This document shows positions 48,141 through 58,003 of a stretch of 64,000 bases of DNA, piece by piece (positions within the stretch are counted from its first letter, which is position 1; each line of letters starts with the position of its first letter). Both the position numbers and the translations under genes were made by a program. Under the pieces are notes generated by a model, which was not told where the DNA came from, ran no database searches, and was given only the letters and a program-made list of their open reading frames with translations. Origin of the DNA: an uncultured Gammaproteobacteria bacterium (GTDB lineage: Bacteria; Patescibacteriota; Patescibacteriia; JACRDY01); the NCBI GenBank assembly GCA_964550465.1, contig CAZJZH010000001.1:107-64106 (forward strand), read 5' to 3'.

Positions 48141-48770
48141 TTAATTATCATCATCAGCGGTGGCTAAGGCAAATACCTCAACTCGCCGCACACCAGCCGC
48201 TTTGAGCGTAGCAGCAGCAGCGCTGAGAGTAGCGCCAGTGGTAATCACATCATCAACCAACACAACGGTGGCTGGCAATGATGCCCCTGGCACACGAAAA
48301 GCACTCTCCATGTTACGCTGTCTAGCCTGTTCAGTCAAACCAACCTGCGAGCGGGTCCAGCGCTGGCGGACCAACAATCCAGCCTTAACGATCAGCTGCC
48401 GCCTAGCGGCCAGCCAATCAGCGATGACAGCTGCTTGATTAAAGCCTCGCCAGCGTAACCGCCGTCGATGGAGCGGTAATGGCACCACTACCCCATTAAC
48501 CGGTGGTGGCTGGACACAGCTCAGTATAGCCCTGGCTTCACCAGCAAGGTACTGATACTTGACCGCGTGCCACAGTGTATTAAACAGCGGCTGATGGTAA
48601 TCAAAAGCCACCCAACAGACATCAACCGCCGCTGGTGGCTCAACCTGCCGGGCTGGTACCCTACCAATCTGCTTGAGGCAGTCTTCACAACAATACTGCC
48701 CTGCACGACGACAACCAAAGCAGCGGCGCGGAAAAATAAGGTCAATCAAAACTGGCCAGGGTATGTGCAT
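48141..48770 (-). CDS. comF: ComF family protein (double zinc ribbon + PRTase)
   Basis: FPRRC..C.....C..C, PLPLH..R...RGFNQA, LVDDVITTGATL. Confidence 0.92.
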   Translation of the reverse strand: MHIPWPVLIDLIFPRRCFGCRRAGQYCCEDCLKQIGRVPARQVEPPAAVDVCWVAFDYHQPLFNTLWHAVKYQYLAGEARAILSCVQPPPVNGVVVPLPLHRRRLRWRGFNQAAVIADWLAARRQLIVKAGLLVRQRWTRSQVGLTEQARQRNMESAFRVPGASLPATVVLVDDVITTGATLSAAAATLKAAGVRRVEVFALATADDDN

Positions 48771-48810
48771 ACCTGACCAGTCTATCACTACTATGTAATC
48801 CAATCCTAAA

Positions 48811-49410
48811 TTACAACCAGTAGGCGCCGTCAATCAGCCACTGATTGCCTTGTTGGATAAATTCTACCCGCATTGATTGACGGTAAATAGTTGCCTGACC
48901 ATTGACCACTTCTTCCCGCCGGGTAGACACCACTGCCTCAGCTGTACTACCGCTGACCGTCACACTGTCCACTGCCAGGGCCCGGGTAGTCACTACTTGA
49001 TCATCATCACGCTTAGCTTGCTGACTGATAAAGGTATTTGACCAGTTACGCATGGTGGTGGTCATCAGCGGCTGGATGTCACGAATGTTATTAAAATTAT
49101 TTGATGAGGAATAGGTACCAAACCGCTCGACAAACGTCCGGGCTAGTTTTTCTAGTGACACTTCTGACTGCTGCTCAGTGGTCAGTGTAGTGACTGTTTC
49201 CTTGGTTGGCTGCGTGGCTGCTGGCTCTGCTTCAATCACTAACCGACCACTAGCCGTAGCACCGTTTTCGATCACTACATCATCAGTCGGCGTCGTGTCA
49301 GCCGGTTGATTATCACCCCCACCAAAAACAAAAGCTAGAATAATAGCGATAATAACCAGTGGTACGCCCACTGCTAAACCGATCAGGACTGGTCGTGGAA
49401 TATTATTCAT
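48811..49410 (-). CDS. Bitopic protein with NTF2-like domain (VirB8-like), putative
   Basis: N-terminal TM, T-rich linker, LA..FVERFGTYS helix, C-terminal beta strands ending WLIDGAYW; directly downstream of the VirB4-like gene. Confidence 0.6.
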   Translation of the reverse strand: MNNIPRPVLIGLAVGVPLVIIAIILAFVFGGGDNQPADTTPTDDVVIENGATASGRLVIEAEPAATQPTKETVTTLTTEQQSEVSLEKLARTFVERFGTYSSSNNFNNIRDIQPLMTTTMRNWSNTFISQQAKRDDDQVVTTRALAVDSVTVSGSTAEAVVSTRREEVVNGQATIYRQSMRVEFIQQGNQWLIDGAYWL

Positions 49411-49415
49411 AGAAA

Positions 49416-51275
49416 TTATACGTTATCGGTAGTCTGTTGATTGTCTGCAAACTCTTTCTTGGCCGCTTCAATCTCCAGCAGCTGCCGTGGGTCAGTAGTA
49501 ATCAGCTGATCTTCAGCGTATGAAGCCACCACCCGAATAGCGGCGTGCTTATTACCGGCAAAGAAAATGCCTTCACCGACAGCTGATTCTAGCAGCAAAT
49601 ACTTCTCCCCTTCTGTCAGCAGGAATGTCTCCTGGACCGTATCAATGGCAGCTGGTGACTGCTTCATCAGCATCTGTAGAGCTGAGTTGGTCACAATCGC
49701 GCGACCGTATTCTGAATGCAAAAAGTCATTAACGTCCTGGGTAATAGTAGTCACGCCCAGATAGTATTTACGTGCTCGTTTGACCAGGGCAAAGATAAAC
49801 TTGGCTGAGTCCTCATGCTGCATCAACCACCAGCCTTCATCAATCACCAACAGCCGTCGTTTCTTCTCTGAGCGAACCACGTTCCAGATGTAGTTAACCA
49901 AGTTGTAAATAGCCAACGGCCGCAGTTCGTCTTCTAGGTCACGGACCGAAAAGGCTACCAGCTGATTGTCTAGGTCGATATTGGTCGGATGGTTCAACAG
50001 CCCGGCAAAGGTGCCTTCGGTATACTTCTTCAGCCGCAGCGCTACGTCCGCACCACCTTCCATGCCTTCTAAAATATCGACAAAGTCTTGCATGATTGGC
50101 GGCTCGACATCGGCTAAATTGGCCTGTGGGGTGATGTCTTTCTTCGCATACGTTTCCAGCAGCGCTCGGTCGACCAATGAGTCTTCTTCTGAGGTCAGTG
50201 TACCAGTCATCAGTCGAACCAGACCCTTGACGGTAATAACACCGCTGCGGATGATGTCATCAGCACTGGTATCAACATCCGTTGGTCGTGGTAAGTCAAA
50301 TGGGTTGACTTTCGAGTCTGCTGATAGCGAAATATTGATATAGGTACCGCCAACTGCCTCACACAGGTGCTGATATTCCTTTTCTGGGTCAATGACAATC
50401 ACCTCAGTACCCATCATCATGCTGCGCAAAATCTCCAGCTTGACCGTATAACTCTTACCGGCACCAGACGTAGCAAAGACCACCATGTTGGCGTTTTGCA
50501 AGGAGAAGCGATCAAACAAGATCAAGCTGTTGTTGTGCCGGTTAATACCGTACATGATGCCATCATCACTGGACAATTCAAACGAGATGAATGGGAATGA
50601 CGAAGCCGCCGGCGAGGTATTCATGTTAAAGAAAATAGCCAGCTCGTCACGGCCCAACGGCAACGTTGAGGTAAAGCCTTGTGAGGCCTGATACAGCACG
50701 TTACGTGAATAGACTAAGCGTGAGCCGAAAATGTCTTCTAAATCACCGGTCAGATCGTCCAACTCTTCTTTTGAGTCGGCATAAATGGTCACATACAACG
50801 CGTACTGGAAAAAATGCTCGATGCCTTGGGTCAAGTTATCACGCAGCTCTTCGATGTCGCGCAGCGCCGTTTCTTTAATCGGGTCACGTGGCGCGCCCTT
50901 GTCGCGGTCAGCTGATAGTTCGGCCTCCAGGTTACCAGCTCGCTTCTTCAGGTCATTGAGGATCAAAGCTGACTTAACCGGATAGAAAAACATCGACACA
51001 TCAATCGGTGAAGAAAAGTTCAAAATAGGCACAAACCAGCCGATGGAAATATAGCGCGGGTAGGTAATAACAAACGACGTCCGGACATACTGACGACCGA
51101 GGCGCAAATAGGTTGACTGAACATCGTACGAAGCCGGCGCCACCAAATCTAAAATCGAAACAGTACCGGAACGGTAGCGCTTTTCTTCGGCAATCACCTG
51201 CGGCGTGACTTCAGCCTGAGCCGGTTTTTTGGCCTCGGCTGACTGCTGTTTTTTATTGTTCCCAAACAAAGCCAT
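49416..51275 (-). CDS. VirB4/TraC-like type IV secretion ATPase
   Basis: YGIN, FDRF, FATSGAGKS Walker A, IDPEKEY, NPFD, VIDEGW Walker B, KRARKY, TQDV. Confidence 0.92.
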   Translation of the reverse strand: MALFGNNKKQQSAEAKKPAQAEVTPQVIAEEKRYRSGTVSILDLVAPASYDVQSTYLRLGRQYVRTSFVITYPRYISIGWFVPILNFSSPIDVSMFFYPVKSALILNDLKKRAGNLEAELSADRDKGAPRDPIKETALRDIEELRDNLTQGIEHFFQYALYVTIYADSKEELDDLTGDLEDIFGSRLVYSRNVLYQASQGFTSTLPLGRDELAIFFNMNTSPAASSFPFISFELSSDDGIMYGINRHNNSLILFDRFSLQNANMVVFATSGAGKSYTVKLEILRSMMMGTEVIVIDPEKEYQHLCEAVGGTYINISLSADSKVNPFDLPRPTDVDTSADDIIRSGVITVKGLVRLMTGTLTSEEDSLVDRALLETYAKKDITPQANLADVEPPIMQDFVDILEGMEGGADVALRLKKYTEGTFAGLLNHPTNIDLDNQLVAFSVRDLEDELRPLAIYNLVNYIWNVVRSEKKRRLLVIDEGWWLMQHEDSAKFIFALVKRARKYYLGVTTITQDVNDFLHSEYGRAIVTNSALQMLMKQSPAAIDTVQETFLLTEGEKYLLLESAVGEGIFFAGNKHAAIRVVASYAEDQLITTDPRQLLEIEAAKKEFADNQQTTDNV

Positions 51276-51276
51276 A

Positions 51277-51954
51277 TTAGTTGGTTTCTGTTACATCTAC
51301 CTTGGTCATGTCACGAATCGGCTGGGTAGCAGCAGTATCTGGGTTATATGAACTATAGTACAGCTCAATCAAACTCTGCGTGTCCAGTCGCTGCGAAGTC
51401 AGCCCCACGCCCTCTAAACCAGTAATGACGTGCTCAACGCGCTGCTGCAGCTCCTTGTTGCGTGACTTAAACTTCTTGTCATTTAACTTGACCACTGAAG
51501 CTGGTGAAAATAGCTCCCCAAAGCGGGAGAAAAAGCCTTTCTGCTTATCTGACAGTGGATCATATGGCACGATGACATAAAACCGCTTACTCATAATATC
51601 TCCCAACTCAACCAGTTCCCCGATGTATTTACGGTAATCACCAATCTGCATCTTCAGCAGCTCATTGGTCTGCTCACGCTCCATCTTGCGCAGCTTCTCC
51701 AGGTATGGGGTGATGTCCATCTGCCGAGATTGCACGACGATTTGAATCGGGTAGGTAAAGGAGTTGAGGAACTGCATGTAGGCGCTGATAATGGCCTGCT
51801 GTTCGTCCTCTGATTTGAGATCAAAATTAATACTGGAGACCATCAAAATAGCCCGCAGCGTACCGTCTTTCATAATGACGGTGTCATTGCGAATCTCGTT
51901 AAAGGGCAGCACCTGCCGCGTGTTTGGTTTTTTACTGGTCTGCTTGGCTTGCAT
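51277..51954 (-). CDS. T4SS-associated protein (VirB4 partner, CPR-type)
   Basis: EIRNDTVI.KDG.LRAILMVSSINF.LKSEDEQ, FLNS..YPIQIVVQSR, LIELYY..YNP; lies between PrgI and VirB4. Confidence 0.75.
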   Translation of the reverse strand: MQAKQTSKKPNTRQVLPFNEIRNDTVIMKDGTLRAILMVSSINFDLKSEDEQQAIISAYMQFLNSFTYPIQIVVQSRQMDITPYLEKLRKMEREQTNELLKMQIGDYRKYIGELVELGDIMSKRFYVIVPYDPLSDKQKGFFSRFGELFSPASVVKLNDKKFKSRNKELQQRVEHVITGLEGVGLTSQRLDTQSLIELYYSSYNPDTAATQPIRDMTKVDVTETN

Positions 51955-51957
51955 AGC

Positions 51958-52419
51958 TTACTGCTGTTGATTGGCTACCTCATCATTAGTCGGCCGGTAG
52001 GCGCCGCCGGTATTGACGATCAGTGATAACTCCTCTAAATGACTTTTGTTAATCATCGGCTTAACGGGAATTTTTTCAGTCTCTTCTTCAGTGTCATCCG
52101 TAGCCAGTAAATCTTTAATCTGCTGAGTGGTCATCTCTTTACGCCAAACCATCAGACGTGGTGCCTTGAATGTTTCGATAATATTGAGGAAGAAATAGTG
52201 AAACGGCCGGCCATTGACCTTTAAAAAGGCAATGGTACCAAAGACGCCGAAAGTAACGACGGCCGAAATAATAAAGCCCCAGAAATCAAGTAAGCGATAC
52301 TCGATAAACATCACCAACATGCCCACCACCATGATAATAAATTGGCGGACAGTAATAGGGCCAATAATTTTTGGCTCAACGTCGATAAATTGTGGTACCA
52401 AAAACTTATTGGCAGGCAT
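51958..52419 (-). CDS. PrgI family protein (VirB3-like)
   Basis: F.VPQFIDVE.KIIGP.T.RQF, two TM helices, NGRPF. Confidence 0.88.
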   Translation of the reverse strand: MPANKFLVPQFIDVEPKIIGPITVRQFIIMVVGMLVMFIEYRLLDFWGFIISAVVTFGVFGTIAFLKVNGRPFHYFFLNIIETFKAPRLMVWRKEMTTQQIKDLLATDDTEEETEKIPVKPMINKSHLEELSLIVNTGGAYRPTNDEVANQQQ

Positions 52420-52426
52420 AGGACTG

Positions 52427-53674
52427 TTAGTATTCTATCATGCTGGACAGCTTTCCCAAAGCACGGAATTCTTCGGCCGATACAAACGGTCGCTGCTCTT
52501 TTTTGCGCTGGGCGATAGTCTGATCGACCGGCTGACCGGCCGCCATACTATCAGCCGCGATAGCCAAATAGAGTCGGTGTACCTGACTAGTGCGCCAGGC
52601 TTCCACTGCCGCTACCCGCTGACCAAAACTCTCTCGTTCCAGCAAATCAATTTTTTCTTTGATTTTGACAATAGCTTTGGCTGGATCACTGTTGAGGGCG
52701 CGGAACTCTTCTACAGGGCCAACTAACTGGGTCGGTGCGTGGACATCGGTAATTTTCTTACCGGCCGCGGCTGGAGCCTGGGCTCGAGTCACCTGTTGCG
52801 GCTTAGCCGGTGGCTGCTTACGCGGTACCGGCTGAGCGGTTGGTGATGGTACGGCTGACTCCTTCTTGCTAGCCGCTACTGAGGTCGACGGCAGTGGTCG
52901 ATCAATAAACGGCTTAGCTGGTGACTGCTGTTTAGCTCGCCGTGGTACTGGTTTGGTGGGTGGAGTTGATGGCTGCGGTGCTGCTGGTTTAGCCGGCGCA
53001 GGAGTTGGTGACGGCGACGCGGCTGCTGACTTTTTCGGTATCAGTGATTCAATAGCTGACCGACCCTGCGGCGGCGCTGGTTTGGGCTTTGGCGGTGGTG
53101 ATGACGGTGGCGCTGTATGTGTCTGCTGCTTTGGTTGAGCTGCAGCGACAGTTTTTTTTGCTGGTGGCTGGTCCGGCGGTGACTGAGTAGATTTTTTAAC
53201 CACTGGCGCTGGTGGTGCTAACTCGTGGCGCAATTCCTGGAGAGAAATTTTATGCAAAGCTGGTGATGGTGACGCTACTGGTTTTACCTCTGGTGATGGC
53301 TGACCCTTTTTCTTATGAGCAGCAATAATAGCCAACACCATGTCAGCCGCAGCCGCGTCTAAGCCCAGTCCCCCACTAGCCACGGCTTTGGTCAGCGTCT
53401 CACGGGTCTGTTGGTCTGTTCGCACACCTTTGAGGTTAATCATGACGGCATTACGCAGCCGCCGGTCAATCAGTTCCTGGTCACCACCAGCGCTGATGCC
53501 GGCTCGTAGTTTAGCTACGATAGCATCAACCTGCTGGTCAGGGTGTGGTGCGGTTGATGACGGCGCAGCTGCCTGACTAGTGCTCGCCGCCTGCTGACCA
53601 ATAAGCGAAAACTGTCCGCTGGCATCGCGGACGGGGATTTCATCAAAGCTGTCATGTGGTGCGCCTCCTGCCAT
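52427..53674 (-). CDS. Hypothetical protein with long Pro/Ala/Lys/Gln-rich linker
   Basis: Globular N- and C-terminal segments (LVGPVEEF) around roughly 200 low-complexity residues; within the T4SS-like operon. Confidence 0.75.
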   Translation of the reverse strand: MAGGAPHDSFDEIPVRDASGQFSLIGQQAASTSQAAAPSSTAPHPDQQVDAIVAKLRAGISAGGDQELIDRRLRNAVMINLKGVRTDQQTRETLTKAVASGGLGLDAAAADMVLAIIAAHKKKGQPSPEVKPVASPSPALHKISLQELRHELAPPAPVVKKSTQSPPDQPPAKKTVAAAQPKQQTHTAPPSSPPPKPKPAPPQGRSAIESLIPKKSAAASPSPTPAPAKPAAPQPSTPPTKPVPRRAKQQSPAKPFIDRPLPSTSVAASKKESAVPSPTAQPVPRKQPPAKPQQVTRAQAPAAAGKKITDVHAPTQLVGPVEEFRALNSDPAKAIVKIKEKIDLLERESFGQRVAAVEAWRTSQVHRLYLAIAADSMAAGQPVDQTIAQRKKEQRPFVSAEEFRALGKLSSMIEY

Positions 53675-53684
53675 AGATACTGTT

Positions 53685-55115
53685 TTATCGCCGCCAGGCG
53701 AAGTCATTTTTAGCTACGTCAAAATACGCCAACTGACTGTAGCGGTCATTACCGGATCGCTTAAGGGTGTTACCCAACCACAAACCAATCCGCGCCGCTT
53801 CACCCTCCGGTAAGCCTAAACGGTCCTGCAAAATAGTGCTCAAGAAGAGCTGTAAAAATCGCGGCGCTGTCGGCATCAGGGCAAAGTCCTTAGCACCTTG
53901 AGCGTCTTGGCGACGCTGCAGCTGCTCTATCACCACCGCGCCAAACTGTGGATCTTCTTTGAGGATATCATCTAGCCGCTCTACCTCTGCCAGTAGTAAC
54001 AGGGCGGCCACTACTTCTTCTTTATCCGGCGTCTGCACCTCAACCAGACGATGGAGCTGCTGGTACAGCTGTTCAATATTGCCGCCAACCGTGCTGCGCA
54101 TCTGCTCCATCCGCTCGATAATCCGCTGGCGCTCGCCTTCATCCCCACGGTAGCGCTGGCGAATAGCTTCGGTCGAAACAGTTGGTTGTGGCGCTACTGT
54201 CGGTCGAGTGGTGACTGGCTGTGGTTGAGTGGATGAAGCTGGTGCTGATTGCGTGGTGGTTTTGGTCGGTGCGACTGTGTTAGCTGGTTCTGCAGCCAGC
54301 ACTTGCTCAACCGCTGTAGCTACCTCCTCATCGGTCAACGGCGTAAACGTGCCTTGACGGTATTCCACCACCGTACCATCTGCCGCCTGAGCATACTCTC
54401 GATCCTCATTGCCAAGCATGTCAGAAGATTTGTACTTCAGTTCTTCAAACAAATCAAACAGGGCTGTGACCTGTTGTCGTTGCTCTGGAGAGAGTTTGCT
54501 GAGGTTGGGGTCTTGAATAAGAAAATCTTGATACGCTAGTTGGTCAACTGGCTCAATGCCCAGTGTAGCAACATAGAGCTTAACCCAATTAGCAATCGTG
54601 CTCGTCGTTTGCCGATCATTAAACGACAGCTGCTCTGCGGTCAATTTTTCTGTATTACTCTGAATAGCTTGGCGGATACGCTCCCGGTACTCGTCACGTT
54701 CATCAACATCATCCTCATACTCCAGTCGATCACGCAGTTTCTCGACAATATCCAGCTCAGCATGCAGGGCCAAACCAGCGGCTAACGACTGGCGAAACTG
54801 ATCAAGCACCTCAGGCCACGGTAATAACGGTAAGCTAACCCAACGCAGTTGAGTGACCAACTGTTGGTACTGAACATATAACTCCGGCGCAGCTGAAGAT
54901 ACTTTTTCTAGTCGTGCTAATTCAACAATGCTGTCAGCAAAATCTTTTGCTTCGACCATGTCATGCTGTAGCACTACTTGTTGGACATCATCCTGCAGCC
55001 GCTGTAACGACTGAGATGTTAACAAACTAAAGCGCGCCTGCTGCTGGCCTTTTGAGCGCGCAGGTCGTGCTGACTGCGGACCCTTTTGTTGAGTTTTTGT
55101 TTTATTTGTCGTCAT
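53685..55115 (-). CDS. Hypothetical helical protein
   Basis: 476-aa ORF packed in the operon; no motif recognised. Confidence 0.75.
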   Translation of the reverse strand: MTTNKTKTQQKGPQSARPARSKGQQQARFSLLTSQSLQRLQDDVQQVVLQHDMVEAKDFADSIVELARLEKVSSAAPELYVQYQQLVTQLRWVSLPLLPWPEVLDQFRQSLAAGLALHAELDIVEKLRDRLEYEDDVDERDEYRERIRQAIQSNTEKLTAEQLSFNDRQTTSTIANWVKLYVATLGIEPVDQLAYQDFLIQDPNLSKLSPEQRQQVTALFDLFEELKYKSSDMLGNEDREYAQAADGTVVEYRQGTFTPLTDEEVATAVEQVLAAEPANTVAPTKTTTQSAPASSTQPQPVTTRPTVAPQPTVSTEAIRQRYRGDEGERQRIIERMEQMRSTVGGNIEQLYQQLHRLVEVQTPDKEEVVAALLLLAEVERLDDILKEDPQFGAVVIEQLQRRQDAQGAKDFALMPTAPRFLQLFLSTILQDRLGLPEGEAARIGLWLGNTLKRSGNDRYSQLAYFDVAKNDFAWRR

Positions 55116-55123
55116 AGCAAATA

Positions 55124-57997
55124 TTATGCTTGTTCCTCGTCTCGAATCTTGCCAATACTATCCTTCAGGTCGTCCTTAGCATTCTTAACACTCTTACCAA
55201 TTTTACCCTCGATTGCTTTGAGCAGATCATTAATTTCTGTTTCTGACATACCGCCCCGCTGCAAACTTTTTACCATTACATCTTTATCCGACATCAAATC
55301 TTGCAACAGCTGTGTTGGAACGCGGTTAAGCTTAATCTGTTTTTCTAGGTCTCCACCGCGCTTCTCCAGCACCACCTGACCAGCAAGATTCAATTTTACA
55401 CTACCATCAGTCTGCAAGGCCATCATTTCGCCAGTTTTCATCTCGCGCCACATCTTTTCTGTATCTTTCTTCATTACTCGACTCGCCGCTACCATAGCAT
55501 TAGTCTTGATGTCAGCGGCATAGTACTCTCCTCGATTAGAATCATACAAATACCGAGCAACAAAGTTGGTGTCACCAGCTTTCATGGTATTGGCTGATGC
55601 CTCTTTAAGTAATTTCATGGAATCCTGTGCGCCCATACCAAGACGCCCTTCTAATACATCTCGACGAAAATCTTCTATGCCAGTAGCTGAGCCCTCATAG
55701 CCATTCAAATTCAGCATCCATTGCAGATTGCCATCCTTACCAGCACGTTTAATAATTGCCATCGCTTGACCTGTCAAGCCTTGTGCTACCGCCTTTTTAA
55801 ACTCAGCTGCTAATTCTGTTTCATCAAGTTCAGCGAAATCAAAGCCTTTTTGTTCCTCCGCCTCTAGCTCAGCTTGTTGTTGAGTGGCCCGTGTTAAATC
55901 TGGCGTCAATTGCGCTCGCTGCTTTTCAGTCTTAGCGGTGGTATTATTTGCTCGCTCTTCCAGAGTTGATGCCCAACGACGATGACCTTCAGCATCCGCT
56001 GGACTCTCCTCTAAGCGAGCTCTGGCAGCCAACCGCTGTTTTTCGAGTTCATTATATTCCTCAATTGCACCCTTATCGCGCTGTAACTCCTGATAGCGTG
56101 TATCATTTTTATACCGTGATGAATCCCTATCATACGACGCTTCTATATCAGACATTTCTCGCTCAATCCTGCCTAGGTCAGCATTCCGCTTGACTCGATC
56201 ACGCCAAGCGAGCGTACCATCACCAGCTTTGCGAACATCGCTAAACCGACCATCTTGCATTTGACTTTCACTGTAATCCAACTGCTTCTGTATAACTTTT
56301 TCGTCATCACCCATTTTAGCTGCGTGCATAGCAAGAATTTTTGAGGGCGTGTATCCTTCTACATCAGCATACGCACTATCGTATGCCGTCGCATCTGCTA
56401 TCAATTTTTGACGCACTGTCTCAGCATCATCACCTGTTTTACCTACTACCTGGTTAATAACAGATGAGTCCACTACCCCAGTTCTTAGCGCAATTTGCTG
56501 TCGATCAGTCTCCGACAAAGCTTTGCCAGCAGTAGCTGCAACTGCTAGATCGCGCTGTAACCCAGCTTCATATCGTTCCCCTTTAGCGGTGTCAAGCCCT
56601 TTGTTAATATCACCAATATGAGTCATGCGGTTAACCTTGCCTATGCCAGCTGCAAGACCTCCTTTCCAAAAATCCTCCGGATTACCCATCATGGAAATAA
56701 ACTGGCCTCGGCGTGAACGCCCCCCATACTTATTTGATAATTGCTTAGTTTTAGCTCCTGCTTCCAACCAATCTGTTTTTTTTCTTTGCTCCATGCCAGC
56801 TCTAATAGCCTGAAATTGACGCACAGGACTCAGGTCTATACCGGTGCGCTTCGCCTGCTTGCGATTGGCATACGACGCCACTGCCAGTGGTCGTTTCGCT
56901 GTCCACTTAGCCGCTGATGTCCCCCAACTCTTGGCCTTACCAATAGCAGCTGTACCTAACCCAGCTCCGGCCACCTTTAACTGGGCAGTCATGGTTAGAC
57001 CACCAACTAATAAGCCGACAGAGATAATAAAGTTAGTCAAAAATCCCGGCTCACCCGCCTTACCAATACCGGCACTAACTGTACCGGACTCGCTACCAAA
57101 ATTACCACTACTATCACCCGTCAAGCCTGGCTGGTTGAAGCCAGCCGCGCCACTGAATGAGGCCATTGATAACCAGATAAAGAAGGCTAGTGTTGGTCCC
57201 GCTATAACATATTTAGTGAACTCGCCAAACATCTGATTGGCCTTGCCCGCCCCTGAGGGGATCGCCATCAGTAAGAAGACTAGTGGTGACAGTACCACGA
57301 ATAGCCATAACATGACGATGCGAAAAGCTAGCTGCACTACCATGATAAGCATCACTACCAGCAATACTAAGAGATAGAGAATGGCGTAGAGGTAAATGGC
57401 AATCAAATCACCACGGACATCAGTGATCTGCTGTTTATCAACCGCGCCTGGAGAAAACCGCAACACATCCGCCAAGCCCACCCCAGCCATCAGGTTACCC
57501 GGGCCGATATCTTTAAAACCAGCCACAAAAGTCAGCATTACTACTTGACCAGCGTCAATAATCAGTCCATAAATAGTGCGCGAAAAGTTGACCAATAACG
57601 CCAAAAGCAAGACTTTTGGCAGTAATTTTTTGTAGTTATAGTTATCCATCCCCGGCAGAATGGTGGCGATGGCAATAATCAGTAAAATGATGACAAAGGC
57701 CATGTTGGCAACATCTCGCACCAGCACCCAGCCGTAAATCACTGTTGGTGCGTTGATGAACTCATTGTAGCTGGCCACCCAAGCGAGAATGCTAATAACA
57801 GTGACTACCATCTTACCAATAGCGCTAACCAAAAATGCTAGCAAGGCGATAAATAAGTCAGCCACTGTCTCTGTAACTACACCAGCATGCGCCAGTTGCG
57901 GCACTAACACGCCAACCAACACCAGCACCACCGCCAAACCAGCCATCGAGGCGATGGCCTGGCGTGAGCGGCAGAATGTGGTTAAGCGGTTTTTCAT
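55124..57997 (-). CDS. VirB6/TrbL-like polytopic protein with long hydrophilic C-terminal extension
   Basis: GW..VRD.ANM.F...LL.IA.ATIL, ALLVNFS, R...LW....LSP motifs; about 600-aa charged/coiled tail. Confidence 0.75.
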   Translation of the reverse strand: MKNRLTTFCRSRQAIASMAGLAVVLVLVGVLVPQLAHAGVVTETVADLFIALLAFLVSAIGKMVVTVISILAWVASYNEFINAPTVIYGWVLVRDVANMAFVIILLIIAIATILPGMDNYNYKKLLPKVLLLALLVNFSRTIYGLIIDAGQVVMLTFVAGFKDIGPGNLMAGVGLADVLRFSPGAVDKQQITDVRGDLIAIYLYAILYLLVLLVVMLIMVVQLAFRIVMLWLFVVLSPLVFLLMAIPSGAGKANQMFGEFTKYVIAGPTLAFFIWLSMASFSGAAGFNQPGLTGDSSGNFGSESGTVSAGIGKAGEPGFLTNFIISVGLLVGGLTMTAQLKVAGAGLGTAAIGKAKSWGTSAAKWTAKRPLAVASYANRKQAKRTGIDLSPVRQFQAIRAGMEQRKKTDWLEAGAKTKQLSNKYGGRSRRGQFISMMGNPEDFWKGGLAAGIGKVNRMTHIGDINKGLDTAKGERYEAGLQRDLAVAATAGKALSETDRQQIALRTGVVDSSVINQVVGKTGDDAETVRQKLIADATAYDSAYADVEGYTPSKILAMHAAKMGDDEKVIQKQLDYSESQMQDGRFSDVRKAGDGTLAWRDRVKRNADLGRIEREMSDIEASYDRDSSRYKNDTRYQELQRDKGAIEEYNELEKQRLAARARLEESPADAEGHRRWASTLEERANNTTAKTEKQRAQLTPDLTRATQQQAELEAEEQKGFDFAELDETELAAEFKKAVAQGLTGQAMAIIKRAGKDGNLQWMLNLNGYEGSATGIEDFRRDVLEGRLGMGAQDSMKLLKEASANTMKAGDTNFVARYLYDSNRGEYYAADIKTNAMVAASRVMKKDTEKMWREMKTGEMMALQTDGSVKLNLAGQVVLEKRGGDLEKQIKLNRVPTQLLQDLMSDKDVMVKSLQRGGMSETEINDLLKAIEGKIGKSVKNAKDDLKDSIGKIRDEEQA

Positions 57998-58003
57998 GCA
58001 GTG

